Assembly: GCA_964355165.1 (NCBI GenBank)
Contig: CAYHCC010000014.1
Coordinates: forward strand, 1-24,000
Direction: 5' to 3'
Source: an uncultured Acidimicrobium sp.
GTDB lineage: Bacteria; Actinomycetota; Acidimicrobiia; Acidimicrobiales; Ilumatobacteraceae
Length of the DNA: 24,000 bases
This document shows, piece by piece, positions 23,537 to 24,000 of this stretch; within the stretch, counting starts at the first letter, position 1; every line of letters begins with the position of its first letter. The notes under the pieces were generated by a model. The model was not told the origin of the DNA, searched no databases, and saw only the letters and a list, made by a program, of their open reading frames with translations. A program made the position numbers and the translations under genes.

Positions 23537-24000
23537 ATGTCTGGTGAACTGTGGCGCAAATCGGCGCTCGAACTTGCGGGCGATATTCGCGAGCGCCGAG
23601 TGTCAAGTCGAGAAGTTATCGAGGCTCATCTCGACCGAATTGCTGAGGTGAATCCGCAGGTGAATGCAGTCGTGCGTGTGCTTGCTGATCAAGCGCGGGC
23701 CGCTGCAACTGAGGCCGATGCGGCAATCGCCCGCGGCGATATCCTCGGTGCGCTTCATGGTGTACCGATTACCGTAAAAGAAAACATCGATATTGCGGGA
23801 CTGCCAACCACTCAGGGTGTACCTGCACTTGCCGAAGCGATTCCACAACTGGATGCGCCGGTAGTTGAGCGGATGCGTGCGGCGGGAGCGATACCAATTG
23901 GACGGACGAATCTTCCCGACCTGGGGCTTCGGGTCCACACGGATTCGACGTTGTATGGTCGCACAAAGAATCCTTGGAAATTGGATCGCACGGCGGGGGG
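23537..24000 (+). CDS. Amidase-signature family amidase (GatA-like), 5' partial, runs off the window
   Basis: My own translation of frame 2 from ATG 23537 (GGGAGA SD 5 nt upstream) gives MSGELWRKSALELAGDIRERRVSSREVIEAHLDRIAEVNPQVNAVV...LHGVPITVKENIDIAGLPTTQG...GRTNLPDLG. There is no stop before nt 24000. This ORF is not in the ORF track because it is open-ended. Confidence 0.8.
   Translation, partial: MSGELWRKSALELAGDIRERRVSSREVIEAHLDRIAEVNPQVNAVVRVLADQARAAATEADAAIARGDILGALHGVPITVKENIDIAGLPTTQGVPALAEAIPQLDAPVVERMRAAGAIPIGRTNLPDLGLRVHTDSTLYGRTKNPWKLDRTAG

Noticed and set aside
23603-23966. Minus-strand ORFs 23603..23938 and 23769..23966
   Set aside because: They are antisense to the open-ended amidase reading frame, which has clear amidase-signature motifs.
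1-24000. Search for CRISPR arrays, tRNA/rRNA genes and convincing rho-independent terminators
   Set aside because: I saw no short regularly spaced direct repeats and no cloverleaf-like intergenic segments. Only weak 5-bp stems follow gene ends (for example 8166-8188 and 23497-23512) without U-tracts. I call none of these.

Overview
This is a mid-GC bacterial chromosomal window. Hand counts of 120-nt samples give about 54-56% GC in core-like genes. The gene content fits an Actinomycetota genome best, but that is inference only. No searches were run, and all family calls come from motif recognition by eye. The left third (1-8355) is an accessory, mobile patchwork. It holds two head-to-tail copies of an IS481-family element (one cut by the window edge) and a YciI-like gene. 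It also holds a short YjjI-type glycyl-radical enzyme with its YjjW-type radical-SAM activase. Next comes a low-GC (about 41-49% in three samples) AbiEi/AbiEii type IV toxin-antitoxin (TA) / abortive-infection pair, whose toxin carries an unexplained C-terminal extension of about 150 aa. After that lie a decayed copy of the 5' part of the downstream acyltransferase gene and a decayed second IS481-like element. The patchwork ends with a winged helix-turn-helix (wHTH) nucleotidyltransferase (MNT) / HEPN pair preceded by a 32-bp near-perfect palindrome. The rest looks core-like. It contains an AT3-SGNH acyltransferase that has no canonical start codon for its conserved N-terminus (an ATT behind a strong Shine-Dalgarno (SD) site is the best candidate). 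It also contains a membrane-anchored M14 carboxypeptidase with a recently duplicated 74-aa N-terminal module, a PNPOx-like flavoprotein, a DUF4389 membrane protein and a PQQ-type sugar dehydrogenase. A tight five-gene same-strand envelope cluster follows: a GT-C-like membrane protein, a DPM1-like GT2, a UbiA-like prenyltransferase, a Ser/Thr-rich 12-repeat NHL protein and a duplicated DUF1566 protein. The window ends with a cupredoxin-fused multicopper oxidase and a partial amidase. I saw no rRNA, tRNA or CRISPR array. The best candidates for something new are the extended AbiE variant together with the MNT/HEPN module in the IS-scarred islet, the orphan YjjI/YjjW pair, and the glycosylation-plus-secreted-protein operon.
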